A DNA stretch of 25,909 nucleotides from an uncultured delta proteobacterium (GCA_963729715.1 CAVSPA010000017.1:1-25909), one strand, 5' to 3'; shown: positions 8,932 to 17,950, counted from the stretch's first letter. Translations and numbers: made by a program. Notes: generated by a model not told the origin, from the sequence alone.

Positions 8932-10154
8932 ATGATTAAAGGAATATCGGAGATCCGGAGGCTTCCCCGCCTGGGGAAAATCCGGCTGGGCGAAAAGAAA
9001 ACGGCGGAATCAGGCAAGGAGTACCCTGTAGAGACGAGTCACTTCGTCGTTCCCGGCGAAGTGGCCAGAATTTACGGAGACAAACCCAATTCACTGGATA
9101 TACTTCTCCCGGTGGAAAACCTGGGAGTCGTCTTTCCGCAGGCCATGAAGCTGTACAGCACAAGAGGTTTAATCTGTGCCGGCAATGGAGAAACAGCCAC
9201 GTTCTACAACCCTGCCAGCCGTAACATGGAAGCAAAGACCTGTCCCTGCGATAAGGCCGATGAAGATTGTAAACGTCTCGGCAGCCTGATGGTGATTCTG
9301 CCCAGGGTATGTCTGGGCGGGATTTATCAGATAGATACGAGCAGCTTCAATTCCATCGTTAATATCAACAGCAATCTTGCTGACGATGGCTACATCAAAG
9401 CACTCTGCGGACGGATATCTTTTATCCCGTTGACACTCAAGCGTGTAGCTCAAGAGATGCAGTACGAGGATAAGAAAGGTGAACTGAAAAAGTCCACGCA
9501 TTATCCAATGACGATCACGTTTGAAGGGACCTTGGCTGACGTAGACGCAATACCGGCAGGATTTCGAGATCCCCTTTAAAAGATTGTATGGGGATGAGTA
9601 TATGCTTGAGGCACCAGCGGCCCTGTCAAAAAAGGTATTGCCCGAAAATGTAAAGGATCATGAGGAAGAAATCGCAAACAGGACTACGGACCTGGCTCCG
9701 ACTACAAGGGTCTTACACATTGCAATCTGACAAAGGTTCGGAAGATACTGCTGACGCGTCTGCAAATCAAAAAAAGGATCCGGAACCTCGGAAGAAACCA
9801 GCCACACCCAGTCAGCTGGCGGCTATCGGCAACATGGCCAAGAAGCTGGGCGTGGAAACCCTTCAGGCAATAAGGACCTATGCCGACATCGTTGTAAACA
9901 GTCTTGAGAGTCTGACATTTGTTCAGGCGGAGTCCGTAATCAGGGCCTTCAACGGCAAGGTGGCGGAAAAGAATAAGCCGAACCAGCCGTTGCAAAACGG
10001 CAAATTGTTCAAGCCTCCAAAGAATTGCACGGAAGACCCCCTTAACTGCCCAAAAGTGTTTTACACCGGGTCAGGCAAGGACGCAAAGTACCACTGCGGC
10101 GACATAGTTGGACCGGAGTGCCCGTATGGGAGTCAGAAGCACAAGGCGGCATAA
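8932..10154 (+). pseudogene. Gp3-like/recombination-directionality-factor family protein, copy 1, with two +1 frameshifts (or sequencing errors)
   Basis: Relative to the intact copy 2 there are extra bases at about 9545 (GTAGACGC vs GTAGCGC) and about 9712. Confidence 0.7.
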
Positions 10155-10155
10155 A

Positions 10156-10333
10156 ATGGAATTATTCAACTTCATGTCGGATATGACCAAAGCACAGCGG
10201 GACGTCATTGTCTTGGAAGCTCAATGCAGTTTGGAGTCTGGAGACTGCGCCTGCCGCGAGGACAACGCTTGTCTCTGCAACGGGGATCATTTGCGATCTC
10301 CGCTTTTGCAGGATTCGGCAAGAAGCGCGATAA
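10156..10333 (+). CDS. Small Cys-rich protein, copy 1 (stop shifted out of frame by a +1 indel at about 10327)
   Basis: Homologous to 14446-14622. Confidence 0.45.
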
Positions 10334-10343
10334 GGATATATCA

Positions 10344-11015
10344 ATGCCAGGACAAAAAATCACGGCGAGGGGACGAAACGGTTATTTCCGCGTCTCCGAA
10401 ATCGATGCGATTGTCTGTATGGATGAATCCGCGCAAATCTCCGTGTATTCATCCCGGCATGGGAAAACACCGCCTGTCGTTATCACAGGCCCCCTGGAAC
10501 ATATGCTCAGTATGCTTGATAAAACCAGAGATGCGCTTTCTTCCACGAAGCAGGGCAACTCCAAGACAATCAAGCTGTCGAGCGAATGCGGGCCTGGGGG
10601 AGAACGATCAATGGTTCAACTTTCTCCGGAAGACTGGATCGAGATCTACTATGCTTTACAAACGAAGCTGAATGCCCTTGAATCAGGCAACTACGGCGAG
10701 GGTGACGTGGATTGTGATATCGAAAAATGGAAGTCACATCTCGGCTCCGTCATCAAAGAAATCGGTGACGACGCTGAACACGCCATCAGGCTCGGTATCG
10801 CACCGGTAGAAAATACCATAAGATCGAACGCGCGGGAAGACTGTTGCCCTGAGTGCGGGAGCGACGATATCACCGGCTCGGGAAGTACGGAAACTGACGG
10901 CCATTATTACTGGACTGATCCATCGTGCAACAAATGCGGATCGGTCTGGCGGCAGACTTATGTCCTTTCCTTCGAAGGAAGTGAAATTCTGGAAAGGAGA
11001 AAAACACTAAAATGA
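10344..11015 (+). CDS. Hypothetical protein fused to a zinc-ribbon protein (two separate genes in copy 2)
   Basis: AAGGA RBS; the TGA of copy 2 is CGA here; CPEC...CNKC. Confidence 0.65.
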   Translation: MPGQKITARGRNGYFRVSEIDAIVCMDESAQISVYSSRHGKTPPVVITGPLEHMLSMLDKTRDALSSTKQGNSKTIKLSSECGPGGERSMVQLSPEDWIEIYYALQTKLNALESGNYGEGDVDCDIEKWKSHLGSVIKEIGDDAEHAIRLGIAPVENTIRSNAREDCCPECGSDDITGSGSTETDGHYYWTDPSCNKCGSVWRQTYVLSFEGSEILERRKTLK

Positions 11016-11179
11016 TGTCACAAACAGAAATAATCGAACAGTTGAAAAAACTGGACGGCAAAAAAAGCAATGAACGGCAGAGAATCCTCACACGTATAAA
11101 CGCGTGGAAGGGCGTTCATGAAGAAGTACAAATTAACTCTGACATGTTTAATGAAATCAATGGAAGAGGAGGTAAATGA
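11012..11179 (+). CDS. Small hypothetical protein (55 aa, MMSQTEIIEQLKK...), copy 1, not in the ORF track
   Basis: AAAGGAG RBS; ATGA overlaps at both ends. Confidence 0.7.
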   Translation: MMSQTEIIEQLKKLDGKKSNERQRILTRINAWKGVHEEVQINSDMFNEINGRGGK

Positions 11180-11406
11180 AAGCAAGGGTACATGTAGATG
11201 CCGTTCGCAGAGACGGCAAAGCGGTCAAGCTTTTCAGCAGAGAGATCAATCCCGAAGGCCTTTGGTACAATATTAATGTGAATACAAAAGGAGTTGATCT
11301 ACTGGAAGAAGGTGCGCAAGTCTTTGCGTACCTGAAACCGCCAGTTCAAAGCAGTAAAAATGGCCACCTCATTGCCGCGTATCCCGTCAGAAACCCGTCT
11401 AATTAA
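11176..11406 (+). CDS. Hypothetical protein (76 aa), copy 1
   Basis: GAGGAGGT RBS and ATGA coupling. Confidence 0.75.
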   Translation: MKARVHVDAVRRDGKAVKLFSREINPEGLWYNINVNTKGVDLLEEGAQVFAYLKPPVQSSKNGHLIAAYPVRNPSN

Positions 11407-11437
11407 AAAATCCGGAGCGTTCTTAAGAGGAAATAGT

Positions 11438-11653
11438 ATGGGAGAATTTCTCGTTATTTGGGAAATAGATATATCTGCCGATACATCGGCAGAAGCCGCA
11501 GCGGAAGCTCTCCGTATACAACGAGACCCATTTTCAGAGGCTACGTTCTTTACCGTTGTCGATAAAAAGACCGGAGAAAAAGCAACTGTGGATTTGGAAT
11601 ATCTCGATGAAAGCCAGGGTAGTGATCATGGCGAAAACCACCAGGAAATATAA
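11438..11653 (+). CDS. Small acidic phage-type protein (WEIDI...EAAAEALRIQRD), copy 1
   Basis: GAGG RBS; common phage small-protein motif. Confidence 0.7.
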   Translation: MGEFLVIWEIDISADTSAEAAAEALRIQRDPFSEATFFTVVDKKTGEKATVDLEYLDESQGSDHGENHQEI

Positions 11654-12434
11654 TCCGACCGGGGAAGAGCTTAAGACCGTCCGCGATCTTTACGACGGCA
11701 CTACCGTGAAGATCAATGTCATCATGATGCGCCTCAAGCGGAAATATCCCCGCTGGTATATACGGAGGCTCGCACAGAAAATGGGGCTTGCAAGGACCAA
11801 AGAGCCCGACTGGAGCAGGCAGGAGATCACGTATCTTCTCGATCATTACCACATCTGCGGCTATGCGGCCCTGCGGAGCGCCCTAAAGAGAATCAACGGC
11901 GGTTTCGCCAGGTCTACAACCGCGATCTATCTGAAGGCCAAGCGTCTCATGATCTGTAAATCCGATCAGGGTTATACGATGCTCGGTGTCTGCGCTCTTC
12001 TTGGCGTCGATCACCACAAAGTCAGGAAGTGGGTTTCCAAAGGTTATCTAAAAGGCAAACCCAGGGGGACAAAGCGTAAGAAGTGCCAAGGCGGCGATAT
12101 ATGGTTCTTCGATTCCGCCTGGTTAAGGTCGTTCATCATCAGGCATCCGGAAGAGATTGACCTCCGAAGGGTCGATAAAGAAGCCTTCATCGGGATCCTC
12201 GCATGCAATATCGAGGATCTCATGACTATCTGCCGTTGCCCGAACTGCGGTGATGAATACCAGAGAATGATGAACTGGACTGGTAAAGGCACTCCGCGGA
12301 TCAGGTGCGATAGCTGCCGGGAGCTCGAAAACATCCATATTCTGGACTATGAACTCGGTAGAATGGAGGTAACAAATATCACATGGAGTTGGAAGAGCGA
12401 AACGGCGAGCAGGAATATTCCTACGACTTTCTGA
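11628..12434 (+). CDS. DNA-binding protein with excisionase/MerR-like HTH and C-terminal Zn finger, copy 1 (C-terminus altered by the junction)
   Basis: WSRQEITYL; YTMLGVCALLGVDHHKVRKWVSKGYLKG HTH; CPNC...CDSC. Confidence 0.75.
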   Translation: MAKTTRKYNPTGEELKTVRDLYDGTTVKINVIMMRLKRKYPRWYIRRLAQKMGLARTKEPDWSRQEITYLLDHYHICGYAALRSALKRINGGFARSTTAIYLKAKRLMICKSDQGYTMLGVCALLGVDHHKVRKWVSKGYLKGKPRGTKRKKCQGGDIWFFDSAWLRSFIIRHPEEIDLRRVDKEAFIGILACNIEDLMTICRCPNCGDEYQRMMNWTGKGTPRIRCDSCRELENIHILDYELGRMEVTNITWSWKSETASRNIPTTF

Positions 12435-12670
12435 TCTACGCAAAAGACGAGGAAGAAGCCTGGGAGATCGCGAGAAACTATGCGCGTACGTTTTACGGCG
12501 AAGATGATCATGCCGGCAACGAAACGGAAAACAATGTGTTTGAATTCATGTGCGGCTGCATAATCGTTGAGATCAAAGGTCTCTATGAAACGACGAAAGA
12601 CATGTTCATTGAACATATGCTCTTTCGTTACACTTTAAATTCACAACTAAAGAAAGAAAGGAGGATCAAC
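12383..12670 (+). CDS. Hypothetical acidic protein, copy 2, 5'-truncated and reading in-frame into ssb
   Basis: Homologous to 8092-8358; stop lost by indels near 12640. Confidence 0.55.
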
Positions 12671-13048
12671 ATGGTAAACCAGATAATTTTAATTGGCAGG
12701 CTCGGCGGCGATCCGGAACTCAAGTATCTGCCGTCAGGGACATCCGTAACCAACTTTTCTCTCGCCACGTCTGAGAAGTACAAGAAGGATGGCGAGATGA
12801 AAGAGGTAACGACATGGCATCGCGCGGCGGCTTACGGCCGTCTTGCGGAAGTATGCTCAAAGTATTTGAGAAAAGGGTCGCTGACTTTCATACAGGGAAA
12901 GCTGCGCAACAACACGTGGGAAGATGGTGAAGGCAAAAAACATTCGGACTTGCGTGTCATCATTGAAAAAATAGCTTTCCTGGATCCCAAAAAGGTCCAT
13001 GAACGCAGCCCCGACGACAGTATACCGGATGATGAAGTGCCCTTCTGA
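12671..13048 (+). CDS. ssb: Single-stranded DNA-binding protein, copy 2
   Basis: AAGGAGG RBS; one amino-acid difference (Q/K) from copy 1. Confidence 0.95.
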   Translation: MVNQIILIGRLGGDPELKYLPSGTSVTNFSLATSEKYKKDGEMKEVTTWHRAAAYGRLAEVCSKYLRKGSLTFIQGKLRNNTWEDGEGKKHSDLRVIIEKIAFLDPKKVHERSPDDSIPDDEVPF

Positions 13049-13098
13049 GGCAGCACAGCACAAACATCCACGTCTCATCACCTGAAATAACCCACAAA

Positions 13099-13166
13099 TT
13101 CCTCCAGACAATACTTCATTCCTGGAGCGGTAACATGACCGCAAGGGAAGGCTTTGTCTGGAGGAA
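13099..13166 (+). promoter_or_regulatory. 68-nt hairpin, copy 2
   Basis: Stems identical to copy 1; the three substitutions fall outside the two main stems. Confidence 0.65.
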
Positions 13167-13223
13167 AGGGAAGGATCAAAATGCATTACAGAAAAGAGAA
13201 GACGGTATACAAAGGAGAAAGTA

Positions 13224-14444
13224 ATGATTAAAGGAATATCGGAGATCCGGAGGCTTCCCCGCCTGGGGAAAATCCGGCTGGGCGAAAAGAAAACGGCGGA
13301 ATCAGGCAAGGAGTACCCTGTAGAGACGAGTCACTTCGTCGTTCCCGGCGAAGTGGCCAGAATTTACGGAGACAAACCCAATTCACTGGATATACTTCTC
13401 CCCGTGGAAAACCTGGGAGTCGTCTTTCCGCAGGCCATGAAGCTGTACAGCACAAGAGGTTTAATCTGTGCCGGCAATAGAGAAACAGCGACGTTCTACA
13501 ACCCTGCCAGCCGTAACATGGAAGCAAAGACCTGTCCCTGCGATAAGGCCGATGAAGATTGTAAACGTCTCGGCAGCCTGATGGTGATTCTGCCCAGGGT
13601 ATGTCTGGGCGGGATTTATCAGATAGATACGAGCAGCTTCAATTCCATCGTTAATATCAACAGCAATCTTGCTGACGATGGCTACATCAAAGCACTCTGC
13701 GGACGGATATCTTTTATCCCGTTGACACTCAAGCGTGTAGCTCAAGAGATGCAGTACGAGGATAAGAAAGGTGAACTGAAAAAGTCCACGCATTATCCAA
13801 TGACGATCACGTTTGAAGGGACCTTGGCTGACGTAGCGCAATACCGGCAGGATTTCGAGATCCCCTTTAAAAGAATGTATGGGGATGAGTATATGCTTGA
13901 GGCACCAGCTGCCCTGTCAAAAAAGGTATTGCCCGAAAATGTAAAGGATCATGAGGAAGAAATCGCAAACAGGACTACGGACCTGGCTCCGACTACAAGG
14001 GTTTATACATTGCAATCTGACAAAGGTTCGGAAGATACTGCTGACGCGTCTGCAAATCAAAAAAAGGATCCGGAACCTCGGAAGAAACCAGCCACACCCA
14101 GTCAGCTGGCGGCTATCGGCAACATGGCCAAAAAGCTGGGCGTGGAAACCCTTCAGGCAATAAGGACCTATGCCGACATCGTTGTAAACAGTCTTGAGAG
14201 TCTGACATTTGTTCAGGCGGAGTCCGTAATCAGGGCCTTCAACGGCAAGGTGGCGGAAAAAAATAAGCCGAACCAGCCTTTGCAAAATGGCAAATTGTTC
14301 AAGCCTCCAAAGAATTGCACGGAAGACCCCCTTAACTGCCCAAAAGTGTTTTACACCGGGTCAGGCAAGGACGCAAAGTACCACTGCGGCGACATAGTTG
14401 GACCGGAGTGCCCGTATGGGAGTCAGAAGCACAAGGCGGCATAA
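13224..14444 (+). CDS. Gp3-like/recombination-directionality-factor family protein (406 aa), intact copy
   Basis: RRLPRLGKIRLG...YP...F, LICAG, CPC...C, GGIYQIDTSSFNSI motifs; Cys-rich C-terminus; AAGGAG RBS. Confidence 0.75.
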   Translation: MIKGISEIRRLPRLGKIRLGEKKTAESGKEYPVETSHFVVPGEVARIYGDKPNSLDILLPVENLGVVFPQAMKLYSTRGLICAGNRETATFYNPASRNMEAKTCPCDKADEDCKRLGSLMVILPRVCLGGIYQIDTSSFNSIVNINSNLADDGYIKALCGRISFIPLTLKRVAQEMQYEDKKGELKKSTHYPMTITFEGTLADVAQYRQDFEIPFKRMYGDEYMLEAPAALSKKVLPENVKDHEEEIANRTTDLAPTTRVYTLQSDKGSEDTADASANQKKDPEPRKKPATPSQLAAIGNMAKKLGVETLQAIRTYADIVVNSLESLTFVQAESVIRAFNGKVAEKNKPNQPLQNGKLFKPPKNCTEDPLNCPKVFYTGSGKDAKYHCGDIVGPECPYGSQKHKAA

Positions 14445-14445
14445 A

Positions 14446-14622
14446 ATGGAATTATTCAACTTCATGTCGGATATGACCAAAGCACAGCGGGACGTCATTG
14501 TCTTGGAAGCTCAATGCAGTTTGGAGTCTGGAGACTGCGCCTGCCGCGAGGACAACGCTTGTCTCTGCAACGGGGATCATTTGCGATCTCCGCTTCTGCA
14601 GGATTCGGCAGGAAGGCGATAA
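14446..14622 (+). CDS. Small Cys-rich protein (58 aa), copy 2
   Basis: ATG 1 nt after the upstream TAA; CxC...CxC. Confidence 0.55.
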   Translation: MELFNFMSDMTKAQRDVIVLEAQCSLESGDCACREDNACLCNGDHLRSPLLQDSAGRR

Positions 14623-14632
14623 GGATATATCA

Positions 14633-14896
14633 ATGCCAGGACAAAAAATCACGGCGAGGGGACGAAACGGTTATTTCCGCGTCTCCGAAATCGATGCGAT
14701 TGTCTGTATGGATGAATCCGCGCAAATCTCCGTGTATTCATCCCGGCATGGGAAAACACCGCCTGTCGTTATCACAGGCCCCCTGGAACATATGCTCAGT
14801 ATGCTTGATAAAACCAGAGATGCGCTTTCTTCCACGAAGCAGGGCAACTCCAAGACAATCAAGCTGTCGAGCGAATGCGGGCCTGGGGGAGAATGA
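14633..14896 (+). CDS. Hypothetical protein (87 aa, MPGQKITARGRNGYF)
   Basis: AAGGA RBS; ORF conserved in both copies. Confidence 0.7.
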   Translation: MPGQKITARGRNGYFRVSEIDAIVCMDESAQISVYSSRHGKTPPVVITGPLEHMLSMLDKTRDALSSTKQGNSKTIKLSSECGPGGE

Positions 14897-14899
14897 TCA

Positions 14900-15304
14900 A
14901 TGGTTCAACTTTCTCCGGACGACTGGATCGAGATCTACTATGCTTTACAAACGAAGCTGAATGCCGTTGAATCAGGCAACTACGGCGAGGGTGACGTGGA
15001 TTGTGATATCGAAAAATGGAAGTCACATCTCGGCTCCGTCATCAAAGAAATCGGTGACGACGCTGAACACGCCATCAGGCTCGGTATCGCACCGGTAGAA
15101 AATACCATAAGATCGAACGCGCGGGAAGACTGTTGCCCTGAGTGCGGGAGCGACGATATCACCGGCTCGGGAAGTACGGAAACTGACGGCCATTATTACT
15201 GGACTGATCCATCCTGCAACAAATGCGGATCGGTCTGGCGGCAGACTTATGTCCTTTCCTTCGAAGGAAGTGAAATTCTGGAAAGGAGAAAAACACTAAA
15301 ATGA
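14900..15304 (+). CDS. Hypothetical protein with zinc ribbon
   Basis: GGGGAG RBS; CPEC...CNKC. Confidence 0.75.
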   Translation: MVQLSPDDWIEIYYALQTKLNAVESGNYGEGDVDCDIEKWKSHLGSVIKEIGDDAEHAIRLGIAPVENTIRSNAREDCCPECGSDDITGSGSTETDGHYYWTDPSCNKCGSVWRQTYVLSFEGSEILERRKTLK

Positions 15305-15468
15305 TGTCACAAACAGAAATAATCGAACAGTTGAAAAAACTGGACGGCAAAAAAAGCAATGAACGGCAGAGAATCCTCACACGTATAAATGCGTGGAAGG
15401 GCGTTCATGAAGAAGTACAAATTAACTCTGACATGTTTAATGAAATCAATGGAAGAGGAGGTAAATGA
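15301..15468 (+). CDS. Small hypothetical protein (55 aa), copy 2
   Basis: ATGA overlaps at both ends; conserved with 11012-11179. Confidence 0.7.
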   Translation: MMSQTEIIEQLKKLDGKKSNERQRILTRINAWKGVHEEVQINSDMFNEINGRGGK

Positions 15469-15695
15469 AAGCAAGAGTACATGTAGATGCCGTTCGCAGA
15501 GACGGCAAAGCGGTCAAGCTTTTCAGCAGAGAGATCAATCCCGAAGGCCTTTGGTACAATATTAATGGGAATACAAAAGGAGTTGATCTACTGGAAGAAG
15601 GTGCGCAAGTCTTTGCGTACCTGAAACCGCCAGTTCAAAGCAGTAAAAACGGCCACCTCATTGCCGCGTATCCCGTCAGAAACCCGTCTAATTAA
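15465..15695 (+). CDS. Hypothetical protein (76 aa), copy 2
   Basis: As for copy 1. Confidence 0.75.
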   Translation: MKARVHVDAVRRDGKAVKLFSREINPEGLWYNINGNTKGVDLLEEGAQVFAYLKPPVQSSKNGHLIAAYPVRNPSN

Positions 15696-15726
15696 AAAAT
15701 CCCGAGCGTTCTTAAGAGGAAATAGT

Positions 15727-15942
15727 ATGGGAGAATTTCTCGTTATTTGGGAAATAGATATCTCTGCCGATACGTCGGCAGAAGCCGCAGCGGAAGCTCT
15801 CCGTATACAACGAGACCCATTTTCAGAGGCTACGTTCTTTACCGTTGTCGATAAAAAGACCGGAGAAAAAGCGACTGTGGATTTGGAATATCTCGATGAA
15901 AGCCAGGGTAGTGATCATGGCGAAAACCACCCGGAAATATAA
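15727..15942 (+). CDS. Small acidic phage-type protein, copy 2
   Basis: As for copy 1. Confidence 0.7.
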   Translation: MGEFLVIWEIDISADTSAEAAAEALRIQRDPFSEATFFTVVDKKTGEKATVDLEYLDESQGSDHGENHPEI

Positions 15943-16678
15943 TCCGACCGGGGAAGAGCTTAAGACCGTCCGCGATCTTTACGACGGCACTACCGTGAAG
16001 ATCAATGTCATCATGATGCGCCTCAAGCGGAAATATCCCCGCTGGTATATACGGAGGCTCGCACAGAAAATGGGGCTTGCAAGGACCAAAGAACCCGACT
16101 GGAGCAGGCAGGAGATCACGTATCTTCTCGATCATTACCACATCTGCGGCTATGCGGCCCTGCGGAACGCCCTAAAGAGAATCAACGGCGGTTTTGCCAG
16201 GTCTACGACCGCGATTTATCTGAAGGCCAAGCGTCTCATGATCTGTAAATCCGATGAGGGTTATACGATGCTCGGTGTTTGCGCTCTTCTTGGCGTCGAT
16301 CACCACAAAGTCAGGAAGTGGGTTTCCAAAGGTTATTTAAAAGGCAAACCCAGAGGGACGAAGCGTAAGAAGTGCCAAGGCGGCGATATATGGTTCTTCG
16401 ATTCCGCCTGGTTAAGGTCGTTCATCATCAGGCATCCGGAAGAGATTGACCTCAGAAGGGTCGATAAAGAAGCCTTCATCGGGATCCTTGCATGCAATAT
16501 CGAGGATCTCATGACTATCTGCCGTTGCCCGAACTGCGGTGATGAATACCAGAGAATGATGAACTGGACCGGTAAAGGCACTCCGCGGATCAGGTGCGAC
16601 AGCTGCCGGGAGCTCGAAGACATCCATATTCCGGACTATGAACTCGGTAGAATGGAGGTAACAAATGCGAGTTTCTAA
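15917..16678 (+). CDS. HTH/Zn-finger DNA-binding protein, copy 2 (native C-terminus)
   Basis: As for copy 1; ends ...MEVTNASF. Confidence 0.78.
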   Translation: MAKTTRKYNPTGEELKTVRDLYDGTTVKINVIMMRLKRKYPRWYIRRLAQKMGLARTKEPDWSRQEITYLLDHYHICGYAALRNALKRINGGFARSTTAIYLKAKRLMICKSDEGYTMLGVCALLGVDHHKVRKWVSKGYLKGKPRGTKRKKCQGGDIWFFDSAWLRSFIIRHPEEIDLRRVDKEAFIGILACNIEDLMTICRCPNCGDEYQRMMNWTGKGTPRIRCDSCRELEDIHIPDYELGRMEVTNASF

Positions 16679-16922
16679 ACTGGGAGACCTCATGCTCGAT
16701 GTCGGGATTGCGGTGAGGGTTCTTAACCGGTGGTCTTTGACCGAGGTGGAACCTGACCTTTCTCCAAGACAGGCAGAGGAAATAAGGGCAATGAAGGCGG
16801 AACTGTATCGCAATACGGTGACCGAAATTGCCGGCTTTCTTAAAGACGAGGGATACATCGTCTTTCCGGGCGAACTGTCCCTCCCCTGTGAACGGAGCGC
16901 TCCGGCCCCGGTAAATGGATAA
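16665..16922 (+). CDS. Hypothetical protein (85 aa)
   Basis: GGAGGT RBS; overlaps both neighbours. Confidence 0.7.
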   Translation: MRVSKLGDLMLDVGIAVRVLNRWSLTEVEPDLSPRQAEEIRAMKAELYRNTVTEIAGFLKDEGYIVFPGELSLPCERSAPAPVNG

Positions 16923-17787
16923 CACAAAAAAGATCAGCGTCAACGAGCTTTTGAACCAGGTCATTGACGCGTTCAAGGAGCCGGGGAAGCTGGCGGCAAC
17001 GATGGCGGAAACCCAGAAATGGGTCACGCCGTCATCGAAATGGTCCATATCCAACCAGATGCTGCTGGCGCTTGCGAACACAAGGGATGCCCGCGGTATC
17101 CAGCAATGGAACGAAGCCGAACGGAGAGTTAAAAAGGGAACTAAGGCCGTCTATATCCTTGCTCCCATCACCGTCAAGAAGGAAGTGGAAGAAGTTATCG
17201 ACAATCATGACGGCACAAAGGACACAAGAATTTCCGAAGTTCCTGTAGCCACCGCGTTTCGTCCGGTCCCTGTGTTCAGGGTTGAGGACACGTTGGGGTG
17301 GAACTCGGAGAAACAATGCTGGGAGGAGATGCCGCTTTCGTATAATCCCAGAACGCTGCCTTCTCTTATGGGCAAGGCCGAGGAATGGGGTCTCCAGGTG
17401 CATTACACGGCCATGGAGAACGGGCTATTAGGCGCATACTCGCCAAACAGCCAGAAAATACGGCTGTCGAGCGAGGAGCCAACGGTATTCTACCATGAGC
17501 TTTCTCACGCCGCGCACCACAGGCTGACAGGAGACGAGTTCAAGGGCATTCCAAAATGGAAACAGGAGGCGGTAGCCGAATTGGCGGCGACCGTGCTTGC
17601 GATCCTTTATGAAAAGGATTATCCCACGCCTTCCAAGGCGTCCTACAATTACATCAGCGGATACGCCGAGGACTGCACCAACATCCCTAAGCTCTGCATG
17701 AGTATTCTCAAAGACACCGAAAAAGTTCTCCGCGAGATACTCGATCTGCCAAGGGATTCACAGGAACTTACATCCGTATCAGGATAA
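16915..17787 (+). CDS. ardC: ArdC-like antirestriction protein (N-terminal ssDNA-binding domain plus zincin metallopeptidase-like domain)
   Basis: WSISNQML, RGIQQWNEAERRVKKGTKAVYILAP, FRPVPVF, HELSH (HExxH) and EAVAEL. Confidence 0.8.
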   Translation: MDNTKKISVNELLNQVIDAFKEPGKLAATMAETQKWVTPSSKWSISNQMLLALANTRDARGIQQWNEAERRVKKGTKAVYILAPITVKKEVEEVIDNHDGTKDTRISEVPVATAFRPVPVFRVEDTLGWNSEKQCWEEMPLSYNPRTLPSLMGKAEEWGLQVHYTAMENGLLGAYSPNSQKIRLSSEEPTVFYHELSHAAHHRLTGDEFKGIPKWKQEAVAELAATVLAILYEKDYPTPSKASYNYISGYAEDCTNIPKLCMSILKDTEKVLREILDLPRDSQELTSVSG

Positions 17788-17797
17788 AGGAGATGCA

Positions 17798-17941
17798 ATG
17801 GGAATGATTGATTTTCTCAAGGGACAGGTGCGCGAAATGGGATTGGCAAAGGTGGCGCTGCTGATGTTGCGCGATCTTACAGTATTGTTTCTCATTATAG
17901 CGGTCGCCTGGATCGCCTTAACGGGAGCTTTGTTGAAATAG
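17798..17941 (+). CDS. Small single-pass membrane peptide (47 aa), not in the ORF track
   Basis: AAGGAG RBS; hydrophobic stretch LTVLFLIIAVAWIALTGALL. Confidence 0.6.
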   Translation: MGMIDFLKGQVREMGLAKVALLMLRDLTVLFLIIAVAWIALTGALLK

Positions 17942-17950
17942 AATCAAAGA

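Larger units (their letters stand above)
8086..12377 (+). repeat. Tandem duplication unit 1 (~4.29 kb)
   Basis: TATCACATGGAG...GGAGGTAACAAAT is repeated at an offset of about 4290; high identity by eye. Confidence 0.97.
12377..16666 (+). repeat. Tandem duplication unit 2 (~4.29 kb)
   Basis: Same gene order as unit 1; the junction shares one T at 12377. Confidence 0.97.
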
